Of a stretch of DNA of 64,000 bases, positions 47,857 through 57,506 are shown in pieces. This stretch comes from Mayamaea pseudoterrestris (taxonomy: Eukaryota). Where the stretch lies: NCBI GenBank assembly GCA_027923505.1, contig BROI01000004.1, positions 558,001 to 622,000 of the forward strand. The letters run 5' to 3'. The notes beneath the pieces were generated by a model. That model was not told the origin of the DNA. It did no database searches and saw nothing but the letters and a program-made list of their open reading frames with translations. Made by a program: the position numbers and the translations under genes. How positions within the stretch are numbered: the first letter of the stretch is position 1; each line of letters opens with the position of its first letter.

Positions 47857-49668
47857 ATGGTGTCCAATCTGTCCTCCGTTGTTCAAACGTCGCTACGAGT
47901 GATAAAAAACTTGCGTGACCGATTGTCATATGAATACTTTGGACCGACGACAATTCATCTGAAAATCGAGCTCTATCAACTAATGTGCATGACGCTATTG
48001 ACTGTCGCAAACTTGCAGGGCCTCTACAAGGACTCCTTTGGTCTTTCAGGCGACTTTATTTACATATTCTTCGTCTCACTATGGCTATCTCGCCACCTCA
48101 TTGCCCGATGGCTTTGCCTGTGGGACGTTTCAACCAGTCGCCATCCCACCGTGCGAGGATTACTTTCGTGCTTGTTGACGTCGCACATTTATGCCGGACA
48201 AACCTTTGACAAACCGAGTCGCATGGTGGTTTCAAAGTATTTTGGAAATCCAACGAACCAAAGCAAGCAACTGTCGTTGGTTGATGTTGTTCCGACAAGC
48301 GTACTCTACTTGCTACAACTCGTCAAGATGCGAATCTACTATCCGATTTGTTTCTTGCTAAAGATTGATCTTGGCTTGATGCGTCTACCATTACCAGAAT
48401 TTATCGTGTCAGCCTTGCATGCAACCACTGGAGTGAGAAACGCTGCAAATGGACTTTTGCAGTATGCGTATTCATCTTGGGCATCCATAAGTCCCTCGCT
48501 TGCCACTGTCATATTCTCTTCGACGTGGCTCTTTTACGTCGTCAAGCTGTTTCAGCTTTGCTTTGGTAGTTCAAGGTTCGCACGCTCCGATGCGGGGCTC
48601 GCCAAGGATGAAGGCGAGGCAACCAAGCCGTACGGAATGTACCAACCCTTTGTGGCGCCTCAATGGTCGACTGTCTTTTTGATCATTTCTGCCTTTGGGA
48701 CTATTCTCAGCCTCATTTACTTTGGTCGAGTCATTGATGCCATGCCGGATCATATTGCTCGAGGAAATGTCATTCAGGATGTTCGATATAAGAATCGAAC
48801 GTCGGCAGTTACTAGCAAGTCGACCAAGCGTAGGGACAATCAAGACTCCACATCAGGATGGAACGAGAAGAGTCGCTTTTCTTCGAACATGTTTGATTTA
48901 CGAATTACAAGCTTCATATGTCGCATGTTTGAATGCGTCTTTCTCTGTGGCTTGCTACCGAGAACGACGTTTATTTGCCGCGCCACTGGCCACTGCGCTC
49001 CAGGCGCCGAGTTGTGGCAGTTGACCAAAGCTTTATATCCAGCCGGCATTACGACGCCGCTCCGGCGTGACATTAGCTTTGCGCTAGACACTATGGCTTC
49101 GGATATAATCTCGGCGTTTTACTGTGTAATGGGAATTGTGGTAATGTTGTTCAATCTGCAGATGGCGCAGTCCGCTTTGTTGAGCAAATCATACCTCTCG
49201 CTTTTGGCATATTTGTCCATTGAATGGGAGCTAGTGGATGCGACGACAGCAGACGTACCCATAGCGACATTGGCGGCGTGGGATTCACGAAAAAAGTACA
49301 AGAAGGGAGATCTTGTACTTTATCCTCCCATGGGGCACCGGCAGCTAGTTTATCGAGCGATATCGAGCGCTCCTGAAGGCAATCCATTGAATGTCGATGT
49401 TAAAAATCAGCATAAAGTTTTTGCTAAAGAACTGGGTCCTCCAGCGTCATCGAGCGTTATGCGAAGAGCAGCATATACTGAACTAATGTTGATTGTCTAC
49501 CACTCCATGTTATATAGCGTCTTGAAGGGAGTCTTTGGCTACAGTGCAGCAGGTTTGGCGACGGCTATTATGGCTCATACGGTTGCCGCATATGCTTTGA
49601 GCACACTTGGGGCTGCAAATTATGGTGAAATGAGCCGGCTCAGTGAGGAGATATCTCAAGTGCGATAG
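47857..49668 (+). CDS. Multi-pass membrane protein, possibly TMEM39-like
   Basis: 603-aa ORF with many hydrophobic segments. AWDSRKKYKKGDLVLY...YRA...GNP preceded by EWELVD resembles the TMEM39 C-terminal motif, but also a CBM5/12-like pattern. Confidence 0.6.
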   Translation: MVSNLSSVVQTSLRVIKNLRDRLSYEYFGPTTIHLKIELYQLMCMTLLTVANLQGLYKDSFGLSGDFIYIFFVSLWLSRHLIARWLCLWDVSTSRHPTVRGLLSCLLTSHIYAGQTFDKPSRMVVSKYFGNPTNQSKQLSLVDVVPTSVLYLLQLVKMRIYYPICFLLKIDLGLMRLPLPEFIVSALHATTGVRNAANGLLQYAYSSWASISPSLATVIFSSTWLFYVVKLFQLCFGSSRFARSDAGLAKDEGEATKPYGMYQPFVAPQWSTVFLIISAFGTILSLIYFGRVIDAMPDHIARGNVIQDVRYKNRTSAVTSKSTKRRDNQDSTSGWNEKSRFSSNMFDLRITSFICRMFECVFLCGLLPRTTFICRATGHCAPGAELWQLTKALYPAGITTPLRRDISFALDTMASDIISAFYCVMGIVVMLFNLQMAQSALLSKSYLSLLAYLSIEWELVDATTADVPIATLAAWDSRKKYKKGDLVLYPPMGHRQLVYRAISSAPEGNPLNVDVKNQHKVFAKELGPPASSSVMRRAAYTELMLIVYHSMLYSVLKGVFGYSAAGLATAIMAHTVAAYALSTLGAANYGEMSRLSEEISQVR

Positions 49669-49946
49669 CAAATACTTACAGAATACATGACGTACGATTG
49701 CTTCACAGCTATGATCTCGTACGTAATGCGCTTGGAATTATTTTGCAATCATGGACTGTTTGAGCCTCGCTATACCGGTATGAAGCAACGAGTAGGCAAA
49801 TTGGCATATAGACAAGATGCGGCTAAATGACAGCTTCTGCGAACAACGCAAATCTTTTGGCAACCATACAACATATTTTTGCAAGTAAAGAGAGACTTAT
49901 AGACAAGTGTTGGTCTCATTAGCATTAGTCTTCATAGCATTCGTAT

Positions 49947-50798
49947 CTATAAATCAATGCCAAACAATCGAAAAATTTGATTGGCAATGAGAAAGTACGA
50001 CATGAGGCCACTGACATCGACAAAGCTTGTCATGGCCGGAGCTGCAATGACACTTGGATCAAGTCCAAGCGCCAAGCAGCCAAACGGAATCGTCGAGCCC
50101 AGAGTAGCCGCAATGGTTGACACCAAAGGTAGCGTACACATGATCACCACTGACACGTGGGACGAAATTCCGAGAAAGTAGTGTATGATTGGACCAAACA
50201 CCATGCCCAAGGTCAATCCAACGGATAACCCACTCAGTGCTTCCTTGAGTATCACTTTTGGAGCGTCCTGCAGTCTCACAGCACCTGATGAAATGGCCGA
50301 AAGGACCGTGCCAACGGTTTGGCCTCCAGTGTTTCCGCCGTGCCCCGCCAATAGTGGCACAAAGTAGGCTAGCTCCAGCTGTCGCTCCAGTGTCTTTTCA
50401 AAGCTATGTACAATAAAGGCTGTCCCTGACAGTGAAAACAAAAAGAAGCTCAACCAACCGACGCGATGCCGTGCCAAAGAGTAGAATGGTTTACTCAAAT
50501 AGAGGGCAAGTTCGTCGGCGGATGCAGTATCTGATGATCCGTGATGCCCGGCGCTTCCACCTCGTGAAACGAAACCATTCTGTTTCAGTTGCGCATTCAA
50601 ATCTTCAATGTGAGCAGCTTGCTTTCGTATTGTTTCCTTCAATTCACTTAAGACTGCGGACTCTGACTGACTGGACTTTTTGCCCAGCATGTTGGCTGGG
50701 GACGACGACGACGATGATGGAATGGTCGGAAAACGTTTCAGAGCCTCAGATGATTCTAAAACCAAAAAGACCCCAGCAAAAAGACTGAATAGTCGCAT
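49947..50798 (-). CDS. mgtE: MgtE-family Mg2+ transporter, membrane domain only, with signal peptide
   Basis: RVGWL, LAYFVPLLAGHGGNTGGQT, LDPSVIAAPAMTSFVDV (conserved Mg-binding Asp). No CBS domains. First ATG at 50798. Confidence 0.9.
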   Translation of the reverse strand: MRLFSLFAGVFLVLESSEALKRFPTIPSSSSSSPANMLGKKSSQSESAVLSELKETIRKQAAHIEDLNAQLKQNGFVSRGGSAGHHGSSDTASADELALYLSKPFYSLARHRVGWLSFFLFSLSGTAFIVHSFEKTLERQLELAYFVPLLAGHGGNTGGQTVGTVLSAISSGAVRLQDAPKVILKEALSGLSVGLTLGMVFGPIIHYFLGISSHVSVVIMCTLPLVSTIAATLGSTIPFGCLALGLDPSVIAAPAMTSFVDVSGLMSYFLIANQIFRLFGIDL

Positions 50799-50958
50799 AT
50801 GGCGCTGCCCTCGGTCTAGGATAGCAATTGATGGAAGAGTGTAGCATGAAGCGACAGAGGTTGTTGTCGACAAATTGAAGTCGAAATAAAACGCTCGTCA
50901 GCCGATCATCGAGCGAATGCCGGACTCGGTGCGACATTCTTTTCAAAAGCTTGTACCC

Positions 50959-51199
50959 ATACGTGGAGCCCACTTTCTGTTCGTCCTCTCTGCCACCAAC
51001 GCAAAAAGAGGCACAACTTGGGGTCCTAATTCACAAAACGCGACCGATGCAAGCCCCGGCCACTATCCTTGGTTGTGCAAGCTTGACTATGGGGCTTTCA
51101 AGGACTCATGGTTTCATCTTGATCTCCCAGTGGTGCATTGCGTGGTGATACCGAACCCGCAATGCTCTGCAATTACCTCGGGAAAATTCCACGCATTTT
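50959..51199. ncRNA. Candidate structured non-coding RNA or cis-element (identity unknown)
   Basis: Terminal pairing 50959-50968 with 51187-51196, followed by TTTT on +. Several internal 5-8 bp complementary pairs (see findings). No convincing ORF. Confidence 0.3.
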
Positions 51200-51365
51200 A
51201 ATCAAATGCGTCACAGTCACTTGTATGGCATCGCGTGTCAAAGTAAAGGGGAAAAGGTCCCATTCCTGCCATGTGAATGAACGAGTCATTTGTAGATTTC
51301 AACGTTTTAAAAGCACAATCATATGTAAAGATACTAAACGAGCTTATCATTCTATACTTGGATCA

Positions 51366-51848
51366 CTACTTCCTCTTGCCACTATCGTCTACTCCAAATA
51401 GTATATCCAAGGCTTCGCCCGGACTCACTTGCTGCTCGTAGACGGCAACGTAGGCCAAACCTGCTCCCAATGCACCAGCGATGAAGCCAGCCAATTTTCC
51501 GCGCCGTAGAGTGGCCAGACTGCCTGCCGCAATGGTCGTTCCCATCACAATCTCCGGTCCATATTCACGTCGGTGCTGATAAACGTATTTGCCGCGTGCC
51601 AACGTACTAGACGCCACTTCCATAGTTTGTTGCTGCACGTGCTGTAGATTGGTCACGACTGGAGATGTTTGGACGGAGCGCTTCGTTTGTTCGAGCGAAC
51701 CAAGTATTTCGTTCGTCGCCACGACGGTCCGGTGCATGAGTGACTTGATGCTTGCCCGAAGCTCGGCTGGTGACGTTGGAATGGATGATGATGAGGAGGA
51801 GCTGCTGCCATCTTTCGCTGGTTCGTTGCTAATGTTACTGCTACTCAT
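51366..51848 (-). CDS. Small unknown membrane protein
   Basis: 160-aa ATG ORF: coiled N-half and two short Gly/Ala-rich hydrophobic segments flanking LRRGK. Arrangement reminiscent of MICOS Mic26/27 (unverified). Confidence 0.65.
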   Translation of the reverse strand: MSSSNISNEPAKDGSSSSSSSSIPTSPAELRASIKSLMHRTVVATNEILGSLEQTKRSVQTSPVVTNLQHVQQQTMEVASSTLARGKYVYQHRREYGPEIVMGTTIAAGSLATLRRGKLAGFIAGALGAGLAYVAVYEQQVSPGEALDILFGVDDSGKRK

Positions 51849-52115
51849 GATTGTACTTCAAATGATTATGGAAGAAATTGATCTTGCAACAGCGAGAAGA
51901 CTCTGTGAATCAATGAGGCGATGCGAAGAATTCCCATGGTCGTCCTTCGCATGACGCGTGTCGCAACCTGTCGTATCGTTACCAAGCTTTAGCTAATGAA
52001 ACTCGTACTCTCGGCGTTTGATGAATGGGATTCTTGCTAATGGATGTGTATAATTTGTGTTCAATCACACTTGCACAAGAATAGAAGTGGATTAGCAGAA
52101 TGTCTATGTGCGTGA

Positions 52116-53093
52116 TTATCGACCCTTGGTTTCATCATCAATTGTTGATATCAAACCATCAGCCCATTCCGGATGAAGCTCCAGCACACTCCCCGTCATC
52201 ATGTTGGAAGCGCTCGACAGCAAAAACAGCACCGTGCAGGCAACATCCTGCGGCCTCAGTATGCGTCCCAGTGGCACGTTAACATCCGCATCCGCCAACC
52301 AGTTCGCGTTGCGCGTTCGTTGCAAGCAGTCTTCATTGTCGGTGAACGTCCATCCCATGTTGATGGCATTGACGCGAATGTTGCAATGAGCCAGTTCCGC
52401 CGCGTGCGTCTTGGTCATGGCCGTCAGCGCCGCCTTGGAAGTGGAGTAGGCCATGACAAAGGGCGCACCTCCGTGCGCCGCGCAGCTGCCAATGTTGACA
52501 ATGCCGCCAGCTACCTTATGTTCCATCATGTGCTTGGCAGCTGCTTGCGTAATTAAAAAGGGAGCGCGCGTGTTGACGGCAATCTGTTGGTCGAAGCCGT
52601 GCGACGTTTCCGTCATGAGATTGCCGCGCGCCGTGGTGGCGGCCGCGTTCACGACACCAGAGATTGGACCCACGTGCTGCAGCAACTGCACAGCCCTTGG
52701 TACCACGTTCGATGCTTCCTCCGCCATACCCAAGTCGGCGCATACATGGACACATGTGCAAGATTCGTCTCCGAGTTCGTAACAAGCGTCTTGGCCCTTG
52801 ATGACATTGCGCGACACTAATGCAAGGCCGGCGGCGCCTTGCTCCTTTAGCACGCGAGCAATCGCCAAGCCAAGTCCCTGCGTGCCTCCAGTAACGATGA
52901 AGCAGCGGCCACTGACACTGAGTGATGGAGTCGATAGTGGAGGTGATAGTGCAGGTGTATTAGTGATGGATGCCATGGTGGAAGAATCTTTTGGTCGTCC
53001 GAGTTTTGTCACGCTGTCACGTAGTGTCGCAGTGTTAATCGATGTAAACCGTTGCGACATTAATCGTTTCGTCGACTTCGCGGCCATGACCAT
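52116..53093 (-). CDS. Classical short-chain dehydrogenase/reductase, bacterial-like subgroup
   Basis: TGGTQGLG, VNAAA, VNIGS, YSTSK, IRVNAINMGW, MTGS. Basic Ser/Thr-rich N-terminus may be a mitochondrial presequence; alternative start 52976. Confidence 0.92.
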   Translation of the reverse strand: MVMAAKSTKRLMSQRFTSINTATLRDSVTKLGRPKDSSTMASITNTPALSPPLSTPSLSVSGRCFIVTGGTQGLGLAIARVLKEQGAAGLALVSRNVIKGQDACYELGDESCTCVHVCADLGMAEEASNVVPRAVQLLQHVGPISGVVNAAATTARGNLMTETSHGFDQQIAVNTRAPFLITQAAAKHMMEHKVAGGIVNIGSCAAHGGAPFVMAYSTSKAALTAMTKTHAAELAHCNIRVNAINMGWTFTDNEDCLQRTRNANWLADADVNVPLGRILRPQDVACTVLFLLSSASNMMTGSVLELHPEWADGLISTIDDETKGR

Positions 53094-53274
53094 TCGATCC
53101 GTCGTTCTTCAAACTGCCCTTGTTTTTACATTACACAGCAACCACGACAATTGCTGTAGCAATATACAAATAGTGAAAAAGAAGAGTGCGAAGGAGTTTT
53201 GCCGAGAACGCAAGTCAATCTGATAATCAACTAATACAAAGGGATAGCAACGATTGGACTCATTCTTGAACAAC

Positions 53275-54513
53275 ATGCCAAAACATCACGACTACGAAAG
53301 CAAGAAGCGCCATTATACATCCAGCGATGCATCATCCAAGCGCAGCAAACCATCATCATCATCATCTTCCGACACTGCGCCTTGCTCCACATTTGACGCC
53401 ATGCAGCTCAAACCCGATTTACTCAAAGGAATTTACGCCTACGGCTTTGAAACACCATCGGCCATTCAGCAGCGGGCGATTCGCCCCATTGTGCGCGGCC
53501 GCGACGTGATAGCGCAGTCGCAGAGTGGCACCGGCAAGACGGCCGTTTTCTCCATTGCGGCGCTGCAGCTACTGTCGGAACATTCGCGGGAGACGCAAGT
53601 AGTTATACTGAGTCCGACCCGCGAACTGGCGGAGCAGACGCAAAAGGTGTGCAGTACGCTGGGTGACTATATGAATGTTTCGTGTCGGGCGTGTATCGGA
53701 GGCAAGAGTTTGGGGGATGATATAAAAAGTATAGAAAAGGGCGGAACGCAAGTTGTTTCGGGGACTCCGGGCCGAGTCTATGACTTGCTGCGACGAGGCG
53801 CCATGTCGACGAATCATATAAAAACGTTGATTCTGGATGAAGCAGACGAGCTACTTGACCGAGGATTCAAAGCACAAATCTACGACATTTATCGGTTCCT
53901 GCCGACGTCTACGCAAGTCGTCTTGATGAGTGCGACACTTCCGCCAACCGTCTTGGAAATGGCCCAGCACTTTATGAATGACCCGATCCGCATCTTGGTC
54001 AAGCGCGACGAACTCACGCTCGAAGGCATTCGCCAGTTCTACATTGCTGTCGACAAGGAGGAATGGAAGTTTGACACACTCTGCGACCTTTACGATACGC
54101 TCACCATTACGCAGGCAGTGATTTTCTGCAACACGAAGCAAAAGGTGGACTGGCTGGCGCAAAAGCTCAAGGAGAAGCACTTTACGGTGAGCGCCATTCA
54201 TGGCGATTTGGCCCAGGAGGCGCGCGACAAGGTCATGGACGAGTTTCGATCCGGTAGTACGCGCGTACTGATTGCGACTGACCTTTGGGGTAGAGGCATT
54301 GATGTGCAGCAAGTGTCGCTGGTGATTTGCTACGACTTGTGTTCGAACCGCGAGTTGTATATCCATCGGATTGGGCGGTCGGGACGATTTGGTCGCAAGG
54401 GTGTAGCGATCAACCTTGTGCGGAACGAGGATATGCAATTGATGAAAGATATTGAGCAGTTTTATAAAACGGAGATTCACGAGATGCCGAATAATGTTGG
54501 TGACTTGCTTTAA
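53275..54513 (+). CDS. eIF4A3: DEAD-box helicase eIF4A-III (exon-junction-complex core)
   Basis: [87 protein letters not shown] (Trp typical of eIF4A-III), [13 protein letters not shown]. Confidence 0.93.
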   Translation: MPKHHDYESKKRHYTSSDASSKRSKPSSSSSSDTAPCSTFDAMQLKPDLLKGIYAYGFETPSAIQQRAIRPIVRGRDVIAQSQSGTGKTAVFSIAALQLLSEHSRETQVVILSPTRELAEQTQKVCSTLGDYMNVSCRACIGGKSLGDDIKSIEKGGTQVVSGTPGRVYDLLRRGAMSTNHIKTLILDEADELLDRGFKAQIYDIYRFLPTSTQVVLMSATLPPTVLEMAQHFMNDPIRILVKRDELTLEGIRQFYIAVDKEEWKFDTLCDLYDTLTITQAVIFCNTKQKVDWLAQKLKEKHFTVSAIHGDLAQEARDKVMDEFRSGSTRVLIATDLWGRGIDVQQVSLVICYDLCSNRELYIHRIGRSGRFGRKGVAINLVRNEDMQLMKDIEQFYKTEIHEMPNNVGDLL

Positions 54514-54626
54514 TGAATATTATAGTATTGTTGCAAAAGCAGCTTTGACTGCAAATCAAAATGCGCTCACAGCCTGACGCTGCGTGCAAACCTACCAAGA
54601 CACGCCATTGTTATCTGTTTAGGTAT

Positions 54627-55784
54627 TTACCGGTCAATCATAAATCGCATTCGACGCCTTAAAGAGGCTTCTTTCTTTGCTGCCGTTCGCAAGCTTCCAA
54701 TGAAAAGCTTGGAGAGAACCAGCCCATTTTGGTTCTGTAAAATCGCGCTGGTGTCGTCTTCGTCTAGCAAGCCATCGTTCCAGTGGCTCGTAATTACATC
54801 AATACATCGCTGCTGCAACGAAGTTAATGTAGTCTCATTGGGTGCCACCAACAAGCGCTCAGCTTCAAGTAGCAATAGCGCCGCATGCCCACTCAAGGAT
54901 GGCAAAGCTGCTTCACTGGTAAGTTTGTGGAATGTCTCTTGATCGAGCTGACTGTAGTTGAGACGACAAAATGCGGCAACCAAAGTACCTAGTGCATACC
55001 AATCCCAGTGCGGCAAACTATGTTCTGGACATCCATCCTCCACAAGCTTGAGCCAAAAGTCGAGACGAGGAACGTGCACTAATCGAGATTTCGTGTCGAT
55101 GCTCATCAAATAGTTCCGACAGTGTTCAGCGGCAGCTCGGTGAATTTTACTCTCGTTTAACAAGAATGCATGCTCATAGTATATTTCGCAAGCTTTCTTT
55201 TGTCGAACATCCTTTTTCCAAAAAGCCTTCACCTTTATTCGCAGCTGAGGCATGTCAAAGTATTTTGACAAGAAGCTATAAGCCGTGGCGTTTTCCGTAT
55301 CCAGCGGTAGGTGATGGTCTGAGCAGTACATGTAGTCGAGAAAGCTTGGAAAAGCTTTTGCTGCAAGTTCATGCAGTTCAATGCGACTTGTGCCGTTTTG
55401 GGACTCTGCAAACCGACCTCCTTCGCTAAAGAGCCTGGAAAAATAATTGCTCTTGCAAGAACCCGAGATGAGATGACACTTGTGCACGTGATAAATGTCC
55501 ATCTTGCTGCTGCTGCTGCCGCCGCCGCTGACACCACCATTCTCTCCACTCGCGTCCGATGGATTGTATACAATTTCTATCGTCCAGTCGCTTAAGCTTT
55601 CCACCGGATCCATTCGCCAGCTCAAAGCTTCACTTGTTTCCAAAGTCGATGCTGCAACTGCATTTTCATCATCGGACGAATCAACATGCGAAGAAAAGAT
55701 ATCGTCCAGTAAAGGTGCTCGCCTGTCGCTATTACCAACTGCAGACGAATCGTCATTCTTGCGCTTCTTTACATTGCGTGACAT
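54627..55784 (-). CDS. BTB/POZ-domain protein (diatom type)
   Basis: LSWRMDPVESLSDWTIEI, YHVHKCHL, SNYFSRLF, FAES, AFPSFLDYMY. Confidence 0.88.
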   Translation of the reverse strand: MSRNVKKRKNDDSSAVGNSDRRAPLLDDIFSSHVDSSDDENAVAASTLETSEALSWRMDPVESLSDWTIEIVYNPSDASGENGGVSGGGSSSSKMDIYHVHKCHLISGSCKSNYFSRLFSEGGRFAESQNGTSRIELHELAAKAFPSFLDYMYCSDHHLPLDTENATAYSFLSKYFDMPQLRIKVKAFWKKDVRQKKACEIYYEHAFLLNESKIHRAAAEHCRNYLMSIDTKSRLVHVPRLDFWLKLVEDGCPEHSLPHWDWYALGTLVAAFCRLNYSQLDQETFHKLTSEAALPSLSGHAALLLLEAERLLVAPNETTLTSLQQRCIDVITSHWNDGLLDEDDTSAILQNQNGLVLSKLFIGSLRTAAKKEASLRRRMRFMIDR

Positions 55785-56257
55785 GATGGATAGTGTGCAA
55801 TCGATGGGGAACAGCTTGGATTCTCGTTAGTTTTGTGTGGATCTCACTCGTCCATGGTTGCGCGGCAGTGCGCGAACGCCGCGAGCAAAAGATCCATCCG
55901 GCACTTGATCAAGTACCGATGCGATGAAGGCTATGCTCCGAGGACGAGCGACATGTTGTTTATCATACTATATGTCTCTCTCGGCATCGGCTAGAGCTTG
56001 GGCCTCTATCATACTCAGCCATTTCCACACGAACAGGAAGCAACTCTTGATCTCTTTGCTGCCGAGCATAAAGGTAGGTGGCTACTAGCAGGCTTTAATC
56101 CCAGACTTTGCAGGTATATTATGTCGCCCGCAATCTGCGCTGTACGGTATATATTATGCAGGCATTGGGTGACAATAAGTATGACAAAACCTCATGATTG
56201 CTTTTAAAAATATGGTCTCCATACTAAGCTACTTCGTCATACATATATATGAGCTCT

Positions 56258-57199
56258 TCAAATACTCGACCAGTCATCAGGCATCATTTTGAGCGAAGTA
56301 ATGGTTACACTCAAGACATCGCCCGGGTTTGCCGCATAGACTCGTTGAATAGTCTTTGTGAGAAATTCGTACTTGTGACAACCGTCTTTGTGATTCCAGA
56401 GAATATGGTAGGCATTCTGGGCACGGCCAATTACCTTGGCCACTTCAATTGCAGTCGCATTTCGGCCGAGATGTCGTTGAGCAGTCGCGTTGTCGATGTT
56501 AGCCAGATAAATGAGGCTCTCGACAACACCCTCAAGATATTCCTCCCAGCTGCGGATCTGAGAGGCAGCAGCTTGCTTCACAGCATTTTTACGTGGAATC
56601 TTTTCCGTTTCTGCTGCGCGAGCTAAGGCGTTGGCTTCCAATACCATGCCACTTGATCCGAAATAAGTTTGCTTGCGAAATTTAGGGTTGCTTCGTGCGT
56701 TGTTGCTCCGCCAGTCCTGCATACTCTCGTCCGTTTCGATCTTCCGCTTAGTTTGCTTCTTCCCCGCACTTTGAACGTTTTTAGGTTTTGGAAAGTAGAA
56801 GTCCATTAGTCCTGCTTGCTGAAGCAATTCTACGTACTCTGAACGTAGTTTCCACAGGCCACGTTTCTCAATCCAATCAAATCTATCAGGTGGCGTTCCT
56901 GTTGGACGCCTAAAGCCTTTTCCCTTCATTTTACTGGGAGCAACTCTGGGATCAAGGTAGCCACCAGGCTGCAAGCGACCTTCTTCCTTCAGCTTTGCAA
57001 GTTGCACCTTCAACATGTTCATAGCTGGATGTTGCTTCGGCGTATTCTTGGCAAGCGTGGCTATTGGCTGGTCGTCGTCCGACGACCATTCTTCCTGTGG
57101 TGGTCCATCGTCTTTCGGATTCAGCTCGGCCAAGCCTGTTGCTGGCTCGCGGCCAACCTTGGGTGCAGTGACAGAAATTTGCGTTTTCCAGCGAGTCAT
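56258..57199 (-). CDS. Unknown protein, tandem paralogue A
   Basis: Shares two conserved blocks with 57507-58469. Start uncertain (first in-frame ATG 57199). Confidence 0.75.
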   Translation of the reverse strand: MTRWKTQISVTAPKVGREPATGLAELNPKDDGPPQEEWSSDDDQPIATLAKNTPKQHPAMNMLKVQLAKLKEEGRLQPGGYLDPRVAPSKMKGKGFRRPTGTPPDRFDWIEKRGLWKLRSEYVELLQQAGLMDFYFPKPKNVQSAGKKQTKRKIETDESMQDWRSNNARSNPKFRKQTYFGSSGMVLEANALARAAETEKIPRKNAVKQAAASQIRSWEEYLEGVVESLIYLANIDNATAQRHLGRNATAIEVAKVIGRAQNAYHILWNHKDGCHKYEFLTKTIQRVYAANPGDVLSVTITSLKMMPDDWSSI

Positions 57200-57506
57200 G
57201 TTTGCCACTTGCTTCCAAACACTTTGTGATCGATGGTGTGAGCTTATGGTCAGCAAGTCTCGTGCTAGTCTCCGAGTAATACCGACATGATGAGTTTCAA
57301 AACGGTCAAAATTTGCGGGAGTCTCTTTTGACAGCTTTCGACTTTCAGGTCAAGTCGTAACGCTGTACCGATGCGATCGAGGATAAGCGAGCTTTCACAT
57401 CACTCGTCATTGCTTCGCCACGGGCCAGCTGACAAACAAGCGAAGCTAATGCATGAGCAAACGTGAACAAGTCGTATAAATATACAAGCATAATTATCAT
57501 GTATTG

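Noticed and set aside
51012..51036. CACAA direct repeats flanking CCTAA as a possible telomerase template
   Set aside because: Would encode a non-G-rich 20-mer rather than TTAGGG; unsupported without the telomere sequence.
57222..57288. Possible micro-exon ATGTCG plus intron upstream of paralogue A
   Set aside because: The obvious GT..AG pair joins into the wrong frame.
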